Shown piece by piece: positions 9,824-18,877 of a stretch of DNA of 47,165 nucleotides. Each line of letters starts with the position of its first letter. Positions within the stretch are counted from its first letter, which is position 1. The DNA lies in contig JASEHT010000001.1 in the NCBI GenBank assembly GCA_030018675.1, positions 1-47,165 of the forward strand, written 5' to 3'. This stretch comes from Smithella sp. (GTDB lineage Bacteria > Desulfobacterota > Syntrophia > Syntrophales > Smithellaceae). Made by a program: the position numbers and the translations under genes. The notes below the pieces were generated by a model. The model had not been told where the DNA came from and did no database searches. It was given only the letters and a program-made list of their open reading frames with translations.

Positions 9824-10785
9824 AATTTTCCTCCTGAAGTCATTCTGTTTATTCGATCCAGAGCTGACTTTGTACCATTTATCATTTCGGAAAGCACATC
9901 GCTTACAGTACTTACGTTGCTTATAAGTCCTGCCACCTGTCCACATGGCATTACAGCTGTATGCTTGTTACCGCCTTCGCCCACATAGAGAGCATCTGCA
10001 TTTCCCTGCTGTACCATAACCTGGTCAGTTTTTGCCTCGCCAATTCCAGCAGCTTGCTCTACAATTTTATTTTTGAGTACGCGAATCGGCATAGCCTCCT
10101 TACCTAAAACAACAGTTGAATTCAACTCGGCAGCACAGAGTGATTCCTTGAAAAATGGCGGTACGGGACATTCATTCGTAGCTACAAACCGGGTGCCTAT
10201 TTCCACGCCTTCAGCACCAAGGGCAAGTGCGGCAAGAAGCCCGTTGCCGTCGCCGATGCCACCCGATGCTATGACCGGGATCTTCAATGATTGGGCCAGC
10301 ACGGGGATAAGACAAAAAGTCGTTATGCCCTCGCGGCCGATATGTCCACCTGCTTCAAACCCCATGGCCACGACAGCATCAACTCCTGCCGCTTGGGCTT
10401 TGCGCGCCATGGACAAGTTGGATACCTTATGAATCACCTTCAAGCCGGCCGACTTGATTTTATCTATAAACTTGGCAGGATCTCCGGCAGAAGTGTATAG
10501 GGTTTTTATTCCCATATCTATTGATACTTCAACAGCATCCTGGGCATTGGATCTGTACACAGGAATGTTCACCCCTACAGGTTTGTCAGTCAGGGATCGC
10601 GCCAGCTTAATTTCTTCAACAAGCTTTTCTCTGGAAAGACCCGAAGCTCCTATCACACCGAACCCGCCGGCATTGGATATGCAGGCAGCCATACTGCCTA
10701 AGGTTATAAGCCTCATGGGACCCAGTATAATCGGGTAGTCACATTCGAGCAGATCCGTAATACGGTTTTTCCAGCTATTTCCCAT
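9820..10785 (-). CDS. Nitronate monooxygenase / FabK-like FMN enoyl reductase family
   Basis: 321 aa. NMO-family pattern: YPIILGPM...AGGFGVIG...GFEAGGHIG...ASGGIGDG. Confidence 0.75.
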   Translation of the reverse strand: MGNSWKNRITDLLECDYPIILGPMRLITLGSMAACISNAGGFGVIGASGLSREKLVEEIKLARSLTDKPVGVNIPVYRSNAQDAVEVSIDMGIKTLYTSAGDPAKFIDKIKSAGLKVIHKVSNLSMARKAQAAGVDAVVAMGFEAGGHIGREGITTFCLIPVLAQSLKIPVIASGGIGDGNGLLAALALGAEGVEIGTRFVATNECPVPPFFKESLCAAELNSTVVLGKEAMPIRVLKNKIVEQAAGIGEAKTDQVMVQQGNADALYVGEGGNKHTAVMPCGQVAGLISNVSTVSDVLSEMINGTKSALDRINRMTSGGKL

Positions 10786-10866
10786 TATTGTTTCTCCGAA
10801 TATAATGCTTTGAACTCTGATTTCTTTCCTTCATTGTTCCTGTAAGCGACACCAGGAAAATCCCCG

Positions 10867-11679
10867 TTATTTACCTTTGAAAATTGGTTTACGTCTCTCG
10901 AAGAAAGCGATCATACCCTCTTTAATGTCTTCAGAGTTAAACGCCTCGCCGATGAGCATGTCCGCTTCATCTGTCTGTTTTTCCGTAAGAGACATACGTT
11001 CCCGGAACATGGCCAATATTCGCTTGGTGCCTTTGAGGGTCAGCGGAGAATTGGCCGCTATCTCTTCGGCAATTTCATAGGTTATTTTTTGAAGATCTTC
11101 CGGCTGGACAAGACGGTCCACCAAACCCATCTGAAGCGCCTCAGTGTCATTATATGTCCTGGCTGTGAAAAAGATCTCCCGGGTTTTTGCCATGCCCACC
11201 ACATCGATAAACTGTCTGAGGCCTTCGGGGTGATAGACCAGCCCCAGTTTTGCCGGCGGCATGCCCACACTGATATCGGACTGCGCAATCCTCATATCAC
11301 AGCACATGGCCAGATTGAGCCCGGCACCAAAGGCATAGCCGTTCATCATGGCAATGGTGGGGTAAGGAAACTCTTCAACACTTTTCATTGCCATCTCCAT
11401 CGGGTTGTTGGCTTTTATAAATTTGATCTCCTCAGTACTCATATTGGTAGGGATATCGGTGGGAATGGAGGCAATATCATAACCCGACGAAAAGGCCTTT
11501 CCTGATCCGCCCGTAATGACCACCACACGCACCTCATCAGATAGTCTCCATTCCTGTAGAATATTATGGAGCATAAAGAGCAACTCCGGCGAAAAAGAAT
11601 TTTTCCGCTCGGGCCTGTTAAAGGTAATCGTACCAATGCCCGATTTCAATTCTGTTAAAAGGATTGCTTGTGCATTCAT
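10867..11679 (-). CDS. Enoyl-CoA hydratase/isomerase (crotonase) family
   Basis: The crotonase core reads FNRPERKNSF...VVITGGSGKAFSSGYD. The start is probably ATG 11679 (GGGAG 5 nt upstream) rather than 11691. Confidence 0.8.
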   Translation of the reverse strand: MNAQAILLTELKSGIGTITFNRPERKNSFSPELLFMLHNILQEWRLSDEVRVVVITGGSGKAFSSGYDIASIPTDIPTNMSTEEIKFIKANNPMEMAMKSVEEFPYPTIAMMNGYAFGAGLNLAMCCDMRIAQSDISVGMPPAKLGLVYHPEGLRQFIDVVGMAKTREIFFTARTYNDTEALQMGLVDRLVQPEDLQKITYEIAEEIAANSPLTLKGTKRILAMFRERMSLTEKQTDEADMLIGEAFNSEDIKEGMIAFFERRKPIFKGK

Positions 11680-11712
11680 GAATGCTCCCATATTAATTTG
11701 AGATATGTGTTT

Positions 11713-12123
11713 CTAAATTCCCTGTCCAAAGTCGAGGATGGGACGGGCCTCGACGATGTCAAATAACACCAGATGCTTAAGTATGTCGGCCCCGCCACCG
11801 ATACGCGCCCTGATTTTTTCCCTGACCTCGTTGAATTTTTCACCTTCGTCCTGGATGGTACGAACCTTCATGTAGAGCCGGCAACCTTCTGTGGCCATAC
11901 CGGTCTTACCATGAAGCATCACGATACATGCTGCCTGCGGGTTTTCTTTCAGATTGCTAAAAGACCGGTTGTCGCCCAGCATCACCAGCACAGAGGAATC
12001 ATCCACGAGCTGATACGAACCGAACATGGCTAAATTCACCTTACCGGATTTGTCCGTGGTCGCCAGAATATTGGTTTTGCCTTCTGCTTGCAAGTATTTT
12101 TTTGCAGTTTCACTGATCTTCAT
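11713..12123 (-). CDS. Pyridoxamine-5'-phosphate-oxidase-like (split-barrel FMN-binding) small protein
   Basis: 136 aa. The assignment rests on overall resemblance to PNPOx/flavin-reductase-like split-barrel proteins, recalled from memory. Confidence 0.5.
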   Translation of the reverse strand: MKISETAKKYLQAEGKTNILATTDKSGKVNLAMFGSYQLVDDSSVLVMLGDNRSFSNLKENPQAACIVMLHGKTGMATEGCRLYMKVRTIQDEGEKFNEVREKIRARIGGGADILKHLVLFDIVEARPILDFGQGI

Positions 12124-12269
12124 TGCTTATCCCCTTTCCTCATTGTCAGCCGAAGCTGGTTAATCATCATCATTACTATCGCTGCCTTTTTTTGAAGGCT
12201 GCATTCACCAACTTGACCTTATCTGCTTATGCATCAATATCCGAAAGATTTCAGATAATTTTCACAGTT

Positions 12270-13961
12270 TCATTCAGGCGCATCACAACTTTCATCTTTT
12301 AAAAGAATATTTCCACGGGCGCTTTTACTGCCGAGCAACCGGGACGCTTTCATGAAAGACCATCGCAGCAATTTCTCCACGGCATGGGGCAACTGCTGAA
12401 AGCTTTGTATGAACTGGATTGTATTGCCGTACTGATCACGCATAACAGACAGGTCTTTGCAGCCGCAGCCCAGTGTAATCAAAGTGATATGCTCCCTATG
12501 ACAAAAATCGATGCCGGCCTGCACCGGCAGCCCGAGATTGGATTCTCCGTCCGTCACATGAATCAGGAGCTTGCGGCGCTTATCCTGAGGCATGCTCAGA
12601 GCGGCAGCGATGATGGCCTGGCCCGAAGCTGTCCGACCATTGGGCGGTAATGAAAGCAGCTTGTCCCCTTTAATCAAATTTGAAACCATCAGGACACCAT
12701 CCATTTCGAAATAACCGTAGGCGAGAAAATGATTACGATAGCCAACCAGAGCTTTATGAATAGCTGCGACCGTATTTTCGACCATGCGCCATTTGATGCC
12801 GGTCATTGATCCGCTGGCATCGGCCAGAAGTGTAACGTTCCAGTCCATAGCCGGTCTACTCTCCGTAGCTTTGAAACATTGACCGGTACTGGCTGCACGG
12901 TAGAGACGCCGGGCATCAATCCGGCCCGCAGTCAAACCACGGCTGGTTATCTTCTCGCGTTCGGAATATCCTAAAAACAACATTTTCAGGCGTCCGACAA
13001 GACTTCTGTCTATTACAGGGTGAGCGGGTATGTTAAAATCCCACCTTGACGTAGGCACTACATCTTTTGTTCCTGCTGCCTCCGCAATTAGTGCGGTGAT
13101 GTCCGTGGACGAAGCTGCCAACTGTATCTCAATGGCGCGCTTCAATTCCGGTTCCAGAGGCGTTGCTCCTTTTGGAGGTGCCTTGGCATATGCTGCCGCG
13201 CGTGCTTCTGATGTGGGAAACCACGCCAGGCGCTTGTTGAGAAGAATGAGTTCGTCCAGCATTGGCGAAATTTTCTCCCAGGTAGCACGATAAAGCTGCG
13301 CTCGCTGTTCACAGCGTTGAGTAATTCCTCTAACGCTCAAAGCAACATCTTTGAGATGTTCTGTAAGTTCTTTCAATATCTCCAGTGGAGCCTTATAAAT
13401 ATCGTCCACTTTTTGACCATCTTTGCTCCAGGTTACAGTCCACCACAATTTCATCAAGGCATCGACCGATGGACGGCTCACAGAAGGCACAAAAAAACGC
13501 TTGTCCCTGGCCGCAGCAAGATACAACTCTAAGTTTCCCCTGATAGTATTTTCGACGTAAATATCCTCTGCTGTTTCAACAAGCCGATGCAAGCGAGGAA
13601 TATTTGCCTGTCGCAAATCATGCTGTTTGAGGCAACACCACATATGTTCGCTCCAGGCCACCTGGTGCAAAGCCTCGTGGATAACAATTCCAGCCACCTG
13701 GTCAACCTGTGCGGCGGGCACCGGATAGCGCCCCATAACCTCCGCCGGATCGATGACAATGTCTGAATCACCACCACCTGCCAGACCAGCATAGGAGACG
13801 GTGCCAATATTACAACCCAGGTGTCCCGTGATTTTGCGCATTGCGCCCAGCAGATTAGCCAGTTCCACAGATTCCACAGTTGAGGTATTGCGCCGCCAGT
13901 AGGCGGAAATCCCCCTATAGACAGGGGGTTCGGTGGGATTTGAATATGCTGCGCTGTGCAT
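12270..13961 (-). CDS. BssF/AssF-like protein: N-terminal HExxH region + C-terminal vWA domain
   Basis: 563 aa. VIHEALHQV (HExxH) lies near residue 95 and LLADASGSMTG (DxSxS MIDAS) near residue 380. It sits immediately downstream of the MoxR ATPase. Confidence 0.7.
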   Translation of the reverse strand: MHSAAYSNPTEPPVYRGISAYWRRNTSTVESVELANLLGAMRKITGHLGCNIGTVSYAGLAGGGDSDIVIDPAEVMGRYPVPAAQVDQVAGIVIHEALHQVAWSEHMWCCLKQHDLRQANIPRLHRLVETAEDIYVENTIRGNLELYLAAARDKRFFVPSVSRPSVDALMKLWWTVTWSKDGQKVDDIYKAPLEILKELTEHLKDVALSVRGITQRCEQRAQLYRATWEKISPMLDELILLNKRLAWFPTSEARAAAYAKAPPKGATPLEPELKRAIEIQLAASSTDITALIAEAAGTKDVVPTSRWDFNIPAHPVIDRSLVGRLKMLFLGYSEREKITSRGLTAGRIDARRLYRAASTGQCFKATESRPAMDWNVTLLADASGSMTGIKWRMVENTVAAIHKALVGYRNHFLAYGYFEMDGVLMVSNLIKGDKLLSLPPNGRTASGQAIIAAALSMPQDKRRKLLIHVTDGESNLGLPVQAGIDFCHREHITLITLGCGCKDLSVMRDQYGNTIQFIQSFQQLPHAVEKLLRWSFMKASRLLGSKSARGNILLKDESCDAPE

Positions 13962-13976
13962 GCCGCTATTGACTCC

Positions 13977-14855
13977 TCAATAGGGTTGATACCCATTACC
14001 ATCGTGTTCCTTAAGTCCCATCTCCACATGCAGCGAAAGAAGTACCGTCTCCAAAATATTTTTATTCATCTGCAGGCTGTGAATGAAGGCCTGTTTGACC
14101 GATGCCCCGCAGTGCACCATTTCGGCAATCATCAGAGCATGCCGTGTAGAAATTACCATGGGTTCGTGTTTGTTGCCCCGCAGGCGGTTAGCTATATTGA
14201 CAATGGTGAGTGCGGTGGCTTCGTCTACACCGCCTTTGAGATGAAGAACTCTGGTCTCCACCTCTTGTGGCAGGTAATCCAGTGCAGTGACATAGAAGCG
14301 GTCACTCAGTGCTGCGTCGAGCATCTCGGTTCCGACAAATTCCTCTCCCTCATTCAAAGTAGCAAAGAAAACAACACCTGGAGCTACCTTGATTTCGCCC
14401 AGTTCATCAATGAAGACTCTCCTGTCTTCAGCGAGAATCGAAAACAGCATGTTCAAGGCTTTCGGATGTTCCGGACGATTAATCTCCTCCAGATGGATGA
14501 CACAACCCGGGGTTTGAATAGCCTGGGGAAAGAGAAATTCCTGATAATAGGTTTTGCCGTCTTTGAGCCGGTGTTCGCCGAAGAGTTGGCCCGGCTCGGA
14601 AAGAATCCCGATCTGGAAGGTTGCCAGCGGCCTTCCCTGGCGCGCGGCAAACTGGCGCACAAGGGTCGACTTGCCACAGCCCTGCTTGCCCGCGACAAGG
14701 CAATTAACCGGATGACGCTCAGAGAGCTTGGCTATCATTTTTAAATTAGCGATCACTTCGCCCGGGAGGAAATAATGCGCCTCTGTCTCGGGTATAGCCA
14801 ACCCCGGATCAAAGCGCCCTTTGTTTTTTTTTAATGCAGTATTATGTCCGCTCAT
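13977..14855 (-). CDS. MoxR-type AAA+ ATPase (BssE/AssE-like chaperone)
   Basis: 292 aa. Walker A is GKQGCGKST and Walker B-like is CVIHLEEINR. Its position after the synthase subunits matches bss/ass operons. Confidence 0.8.
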   Translation of the reverse strand: MSGHNTALKKNKGRFDPGLAIPETEAHYFLPGEVIANLKMIAKLSERHPVNCLVAGKQGCGKSTLVRQFAARQGRPLATFQIGILSEPGQLFGEHRLKDGKTYYQEFLFPQAIQTPGCVIHLEEINRPEHPKALNMLFSILAEDRRVFIDELGEIKVAPGVVFFATLNEGEEFVGTEMLDAALSDRFYVTALDYLPQEVETRVLHLKGGVDEATALTIVNIANRLRGNKHEPMVISTRHALMIAEMVHCGASVKQAFIHSLQMNKNILETVLLSLHVEMGLKEHDGNGYQPY

Positions 14856-14921
14856 CCATCTTACCTAACGGCCTCTAGGTGCTGTTAGAGGCCTTTGCTT
14901 ATAAATTGACCAACCAGCACC

Positions 14922-15260
14922 CTACATAAACAAATCGCGTTGACGCTCCTTTAAGAATTGGCCCAGAGCCGGAATATTCCAACGCCTGTTCATCGAATAC
15001 AACTGCTCGAGAAGGTTCTTAGCTTCCGCCATAACCTGCGGGTCCTGACTCTTGACTATTCCGGCGAGCCTCTCCGAAAGTTCCTGTATCTTAAGTTCTT
15101 CATTCTCCAAGCCCTCGGCACGCGAGAACACGCATCGGGCTCCGCAGACAGGACATTGCCGCAGATCCGACTCTCCACAAGCCGGTCACCCGCCCTTGCA
15201 CAGATAGGCGAACTCAAGATAACTGGCGGTATGTCCACAAATATGACAAGCCATATCCAT
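14922..15260 (-). CDS. Zinc-ribbon-like small protein with in-frame TGA at 15188..15186 (candidate selenoprotein, 112 aa, or disrupted gene)
   Basis: ATG 15260 opens MDMACHICGHTASYLEFAYLCKGG-TGA-PACGESDLRQCPVCGARCVFSRAEG..., in the same frame as track ORF 14922..15131. The span is 339 nt in total. It is a paralog of 15313..15528. Confidence 0.45.
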
Positions 15261-15312
15261 GATTGCACCTCTTCAAATGGAAACTTTCAGCAAACCGGCT
15301 TTTTATCACACG

Positions 15313-15528
15313 TTAATCTGCTGCCAAACCCTCGATGCCGGCTGATTTACCCCAGGGAGCTTCACCCAAACCGACTTTTTCTTTGCTTGTGCCGTTCAGT
15401 TCATCGACAGCCAGCCAGGCCTGGCAGTTGGGACACTGCCGTATACTAAGCGATGCATCGATCCGGGCATTGTACATGTAACGGAATTTATCGACAGGAC
15501 CTTCGAATTTACATTCTACGCATTTCAT
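15313..15528 (-). CDS. Small zinc-ribbon protein (CxxC...RQCPxC), possible accessory subunit
   Basis: 71 aa, MKCVECKF...IRQCPNCQAW. AGGAGA lies 8 nt upstream of the ATG. It sits inside the synthase operon. Confidence 0.65.
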   Translation of the reverse strand: MKCVECKFEGPVDKFRYMYNARIDASLSIRQCPNCQAWLAVDELNGTSKEKVGLGEAPWGKSAGIEGLAAD

Positions 15529-15567
15529 ATCTTATTTCTCCTTTGTCTATTATGGATTGGTGAATTC

Positions 15568-15933
15568 TTACTTGTCTTGGAACTGCCTCATCGTTCGGCG
15601 GTACTGGGGATCGCTGCATTCTGTGCCGTCATGATCGATAAATTCCATTTTTGCGTAAGACGAGCATTTGGCGGCGTCGGTAAGAGCTCTCATTTGGTAC
15701 CCGTTTTTCCCATCCATTACAAGAACAGGGGGATCACAAATTATATCGGATCCTTCTTTGAGCACTTTGCAGGATCCCCTCCCATCGCTATATGCTGCAG
15801 TTTCAAGGAAGTTTTTACACAGACCACATGTCTTTTCGGGAACATTTTCGGCTTTGCCCTCTTTTTCCAGCTCCTCCGCCGTCTTGAATGCACCATGTGA
15901 TTTTGCAAAACTATCTCTGCTCATTCTTGCCAT
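15568..15933 (-). CDS. assB: Fumarate-adding enzyme small subunit (beta-like, Cys-rich)
   Basis: I place the start at ATG 15933 (MARMSRDSF..., AGGAGA 7 nt upstream); the track ORF starts earlier. It is Cys-rich (TCGLCKNF, GSCKV, IICD, KCSS, TECSD) and lies directly downstream of the catalytic subunit. Confidence 0.65.
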   Translation of the reverse strand: MARMSRDSFAKSHGAFKTAEELEKEGKAENVPEKTCGLCKNFLETAAYSDGRGSCKVLKEGSDIICDPPVLVMDGKNGYQMRALTDAAKCSSYAKMEFIDHDGTECSDPQYRRTMRQFQDK

Positions 15934-16014
15934 GATAGTATCTCCTTTTTCTATGATCATTTCAATTAGAGGGGGGATTTGCCTGGGTGGCATCCCCCCT
16001 CCATTTTAGTAGCT

Positions 16015-18525
16015 TTATGCCACCAATCCTTGAACCGTACGCTGAATAATGTTGTCCTGCGTCTTACGGCTTATATCCACAAAGTGCGCGCTGTATCCCG
16101 CTACACGAACGATCACCTCCTGATATTTTTCAGGTTCTCTCTGTGCGCTCCTCAGGGTTTCGTCGGACACACAGTTGAACTGGATGTGATCCAATCCGAG
16201 ATTGTACCAAGTTTCCATGTATGCTTTCCAGAGAGGGAATCCTTTTTCCCCGGCAAGCTGGGTGGGAGACAATCGCTGGTTCAACAGGAAAGCCCGGCCA
16301 TCGGTGATATGGTCTATCTTGGAACATGATTTCAAAACCGCAGTCGGTCCCTTCTTATCGAGTCCCGGCCCGGGCGAAATACCGCCGTCATACAGGGCGT
16401 CTCCTCTTCTACGGCCACTGGGTAATGCTCCCACGACATTGGCATAGTGAATATTACCGCTGACGTTTTCGGGCAGAATCGGCCAGGTATTGCCCATAGG
16501 ATCCTGCAGCTTATGGGAGAAAGCGGCACAGTCTCGCAGGCACTTGAGCATGATACTGTCAACATAGTCATCATCATTGCCCCACTTAGGCGCGTTGCGG
16601 ACGAAATCCAAACGCATCTCCTCATGGCCCTGCCAGTCGTCGGTGATGGCCTGCTTAAGTTGGGCCATGGTATACTTCTTTTCATCGAAGACCAGTTTTT
16701 TGATCGCCGCCAGGCTGTCGATGTTTTCAACCCAGGTAAACGCTGTTATCCAGGAATTACCCTGGCTGATCGATGGGTCGTTAACATCCTGACCGCTTTC
16801 CACCGAGCGCTCGGAGATGCCCGACAGGAAAGGCCGCGGAGTATATATTTGAGCCACAAATCTGGAATAGTTTACTATACGAACCAATGTGCTGAAGATG
16901 GTCTTCATCTGGAGAAGCCACGCATCGTATACCTGATCGTAACTGGTGAAGGTGGCACAATCAGGTGTTTCGGCCCCAATCTGCATCTGAACCACTGGGT
17001 CGAAGCCGCTGGTAAAGACGTACTCGATGATCTTGGCACAGTTGGCGGTGGCGTTGGCCATGCGCATGGACTGAAAACCGCGCTTGGTAGTGGGACAAGG
17101 TGACATGCAGGCCTGATGCACCCAGGTGCGGGCCTCCTCAATGGGATGTTTGTGCCAGTGCAAGGAATTGGCAATCAGAAGCGGATCGTTGCGCATGGAA
17201 GGGTAACCCAATCCTTGACGGATGCACTCGAAGCATTCGCGCAGGACTTCTTCCTTAACCCTGGGGTGCCAGCGGAAGCCGAAGGTTGGATTGGAAACCC
17301 TGACCAGACGGGCTGCCTGGAGTAACGCGATTGTCATGTCGTTGCAGGCGTCATCGCCGTGTTGGTTGACCCCGCCTATGGTCCAAACCCACGTTCCTTC
17401 TATGCCCTGCAAGCCTTCACGAAGCCATTTGGGCTTGTACTGCGAAACCTCGGCAGCTCTGATCAGAAACTCACCAACCAGATCCAAGGCTTCCTCCTTG
17501 GTAATGCGCTTGTCGATATTGACGTCTTTGTCATAATACGGGCCGTGATAGTAGTCCGGCCGGGACGGCCAGGCACCTTCAATAGCCTCTGCCCTGCTGA
17601 AGAGCTGGATGAAGAGATCATATTGGAGTGATTCCTGAAGGGTCCTGGGTGTTTGGGCAGGCACTCGTTCACAGCAACTGGCGATTTGCAAAAGCTCTTC
17701 CTTGCGCTTATTGTCGGTCTCGAAATTCTCCGCAATGATTCTGGCCAGGCGCGCAAAACGCTGTCCATGACGAATACAGGCTTCAAGGGTTATTTTCATA
17801 CCCTCCCAATTAAGCATCTTGTTATATAAAGGCATCTGCTCCAGATTGGCGATCGGCTCGTGGGCTTGGGCATCCGCCTTGTCAATCTTCTCGTCGAGTT
17901 CAGCGATAACATCTGCAAATCCCCGCTTGCCGGTCATGATGAACTCGTAATCTTTTCCGGAATAACCACCTCTGGGCATTGGAACACCCCATCCGATCGT
18001 GCCGGAAAGGATTTTCGTTACATCGCTTATGTCCGCTACAGGTATCAGCTTGTCGGCATCAGCTTTTTGGGACCAGTAAGCAATCACATCATTGATTACC
18101 TTCAGACTCTCGTCAAGGGGTTCCGGTAGAGCCGTAGTGTCAGTGATAACTTCTGCGTTCAGGATCGTGGCTACGGTTGGATTCCAATTGATCGTATGGG
18201 GCAGACTGCCCACATAACCCACGAGTTGGGAATTATCGGTGATAAAGATAGTCTTGTTATCCAGGTAATGAGCAAAAATCTTGGCATACTTGACTACCCA
18301 AGGGTCTGGTGCCATCTCCATAGCTCGGCCCGCCTGAGTATGCAATATACCCTGCTCCAGATCAACCTGCAATCCGGCCGGATAAATTCCACCGATCGCT
18401 CCTTTTTTCCACATGGCCTTTCTGAGATAATCCAGCCTCTTGGATCTTTTCTTCTCTGCGGCCCACCACCATTGTTGTTTTTTTTCAAGTTCTTTAATAT
18501 TGTTGTCTACTGCTGCTTTTGCCAT
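16015..18525 (-). CDS. assA: Fumarate-adding glycyl radical enzyme catalytic subunit (alkylsuccinate / methylalkylsuccinate synthase-like)
   Basis: 836 aa. C-terminal VIVRVAGYSAHFVDI glycyl-radical motif, HQACMSPCP Cys loop, GDDACNDM and NAPKWGNDDDYVD. These regions are recalled as targets of fumarate-adding-enzyme (FAE) primers. Flanked by two small Cys-rich subunits, an activase and a MoxR ATPase. Confidence 0.85.
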   Translation of the reverse strand: MAKAAVDNNIKELEKKQQWWWAAEKKRSKRLDYLRKAMWKKGAIGGIYPAGLQVDLEQGILHTQAGRAMEMAPDPWVVKYAKIFAHYLDNKTIFITDNSQLVGYVGSLPHTINWNPTVATILNAEVITDTTALPEPLDESLKVINDVIAYWSQKADADKLIPVADISDVTKILSGTIGWGVPMPRGGYSGKDYEFIMTGKRGFADVIAELDEKIDKADAQAHEPIANLEQMPLYNKMLNWEGMKITLEACIRHGQRFARLARIIAENFETDNKRKEELLQIASCCERVPAQTPRTLQESLQYDLFIQLFSRAEAIEGAWPSRPDYYHGPYYDKDVNIDKRITKEEALDLVGEFLIRAAEVSQYKPKWLREGLQGIEGTWVWTIGGVNQHGDDACNDMTIALLQAARLVRVSNPTFGFRWHPRVKEEVLRECFECIRQGLGYPSMRNDPLLIANSLHWHKHPIEEARTWVHQACMSPCPTTKRGFQSMRMANATANCAKIIEYVFTSGFDPVVQMQIGAETPDCATFTSYDQVYDAWLLQMKTIFSTLVRIVNYSRFVAQIYTPRPFLSGISERSVESGQDVNDPSISQGNSWITAFTWVENIDSLAAIKKLVFDEKKYTMAQLKQAITDDWQGHEEMRLDFVRNAPKWGNDDDYVDSIMLKCLRDCAAFSHKLQDPMGNTWPILPENVSGNIHYANVVGALPSGRRRGDALYDGGISPGPGLDKKGPTAVLKSCSKIDHITDGRAFLLNQRLSPTQLAGEKGFPLWKAYMETWYNLGLDHIQFNCVSDETLRSAQREPEKYQEVIVRVAGYSAHFVDISRKTQDNIIQRTVQGLVA

Positions 18526-18583
18526 GATATTTTACCCCCCTTGAGTTAACTCCCCTCTTCTTGTAATTTGTATTTAATCTGTT

Positions 18584-18748
18584 TTATTTCTTTTCAAATG
18601 AAGAGCACGAACTCGCATCCTTCTCTGCAACCGCGGGCTTTGCTTTGTAGAAAGCCTGCCTCGGATCAACTACTCTTTCAACGCAATCTCCATTACTAGG
18701 ATCTCCCTTTATGGGGAAGAATTTCTTACATTCTTTGCAAAACGGCAT
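18584..18748 (-). CDS. assC: Fumarate-adding enzyme small subunit (gamma-like, 54 aa, 4 Cys)
   Basis: Too short for the ORF track. Sequence: MPFCKECKKFFPIKGDPSNGDCVERVVDPRQAFYKAKPAVAEKDASSCSSFEKK. AAGGAGG lies about 6 nt upstream of ATG 18748. It sits between the activase and the catalytic subunit, as BssC/AssC does. Confidence 0.7.
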   Translation of the reverse strand: MPFCKECKKFFPIKGDPSNGDCVERVVDPRQAFYKAKPAVAEKDASSCSSFEKK

Positions 18749-18877
18749 TAGTATCACCTCCTTTAATTACTAATTTTTTAATTTTGGTTTATCTTTTAAG
18801 ATCATGACACCTTAGTTACATCATCGCTGAGTGCTATTTGCTCTTTTCTTTATGATCCTCGCTCTATAATCATCCCT

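Noticed and set aside
8960-9988. 342-aa plus-strand ORF
   Set aside because: It is antisense to two well-supported minus-strand genes (crotonase and NMO-family). It has no recognisable motifs or RBS and its composition is typical of a shadow ORF.
13529-14744. ORFs 13529..14029 (-) and 13956..14744 (+)
   Set aside because: They overlap the MoxR and vWA genes in alternative or antisense frames and have no supporting motifs.
16447-17103. 218-aa plus-strand ORF, and other plus-strand ORFs across 16.0-18.5 kb
   Set aside because: They are antisense to the 836-aa glycyl radical enzyme, whose motifs are unambiguous.
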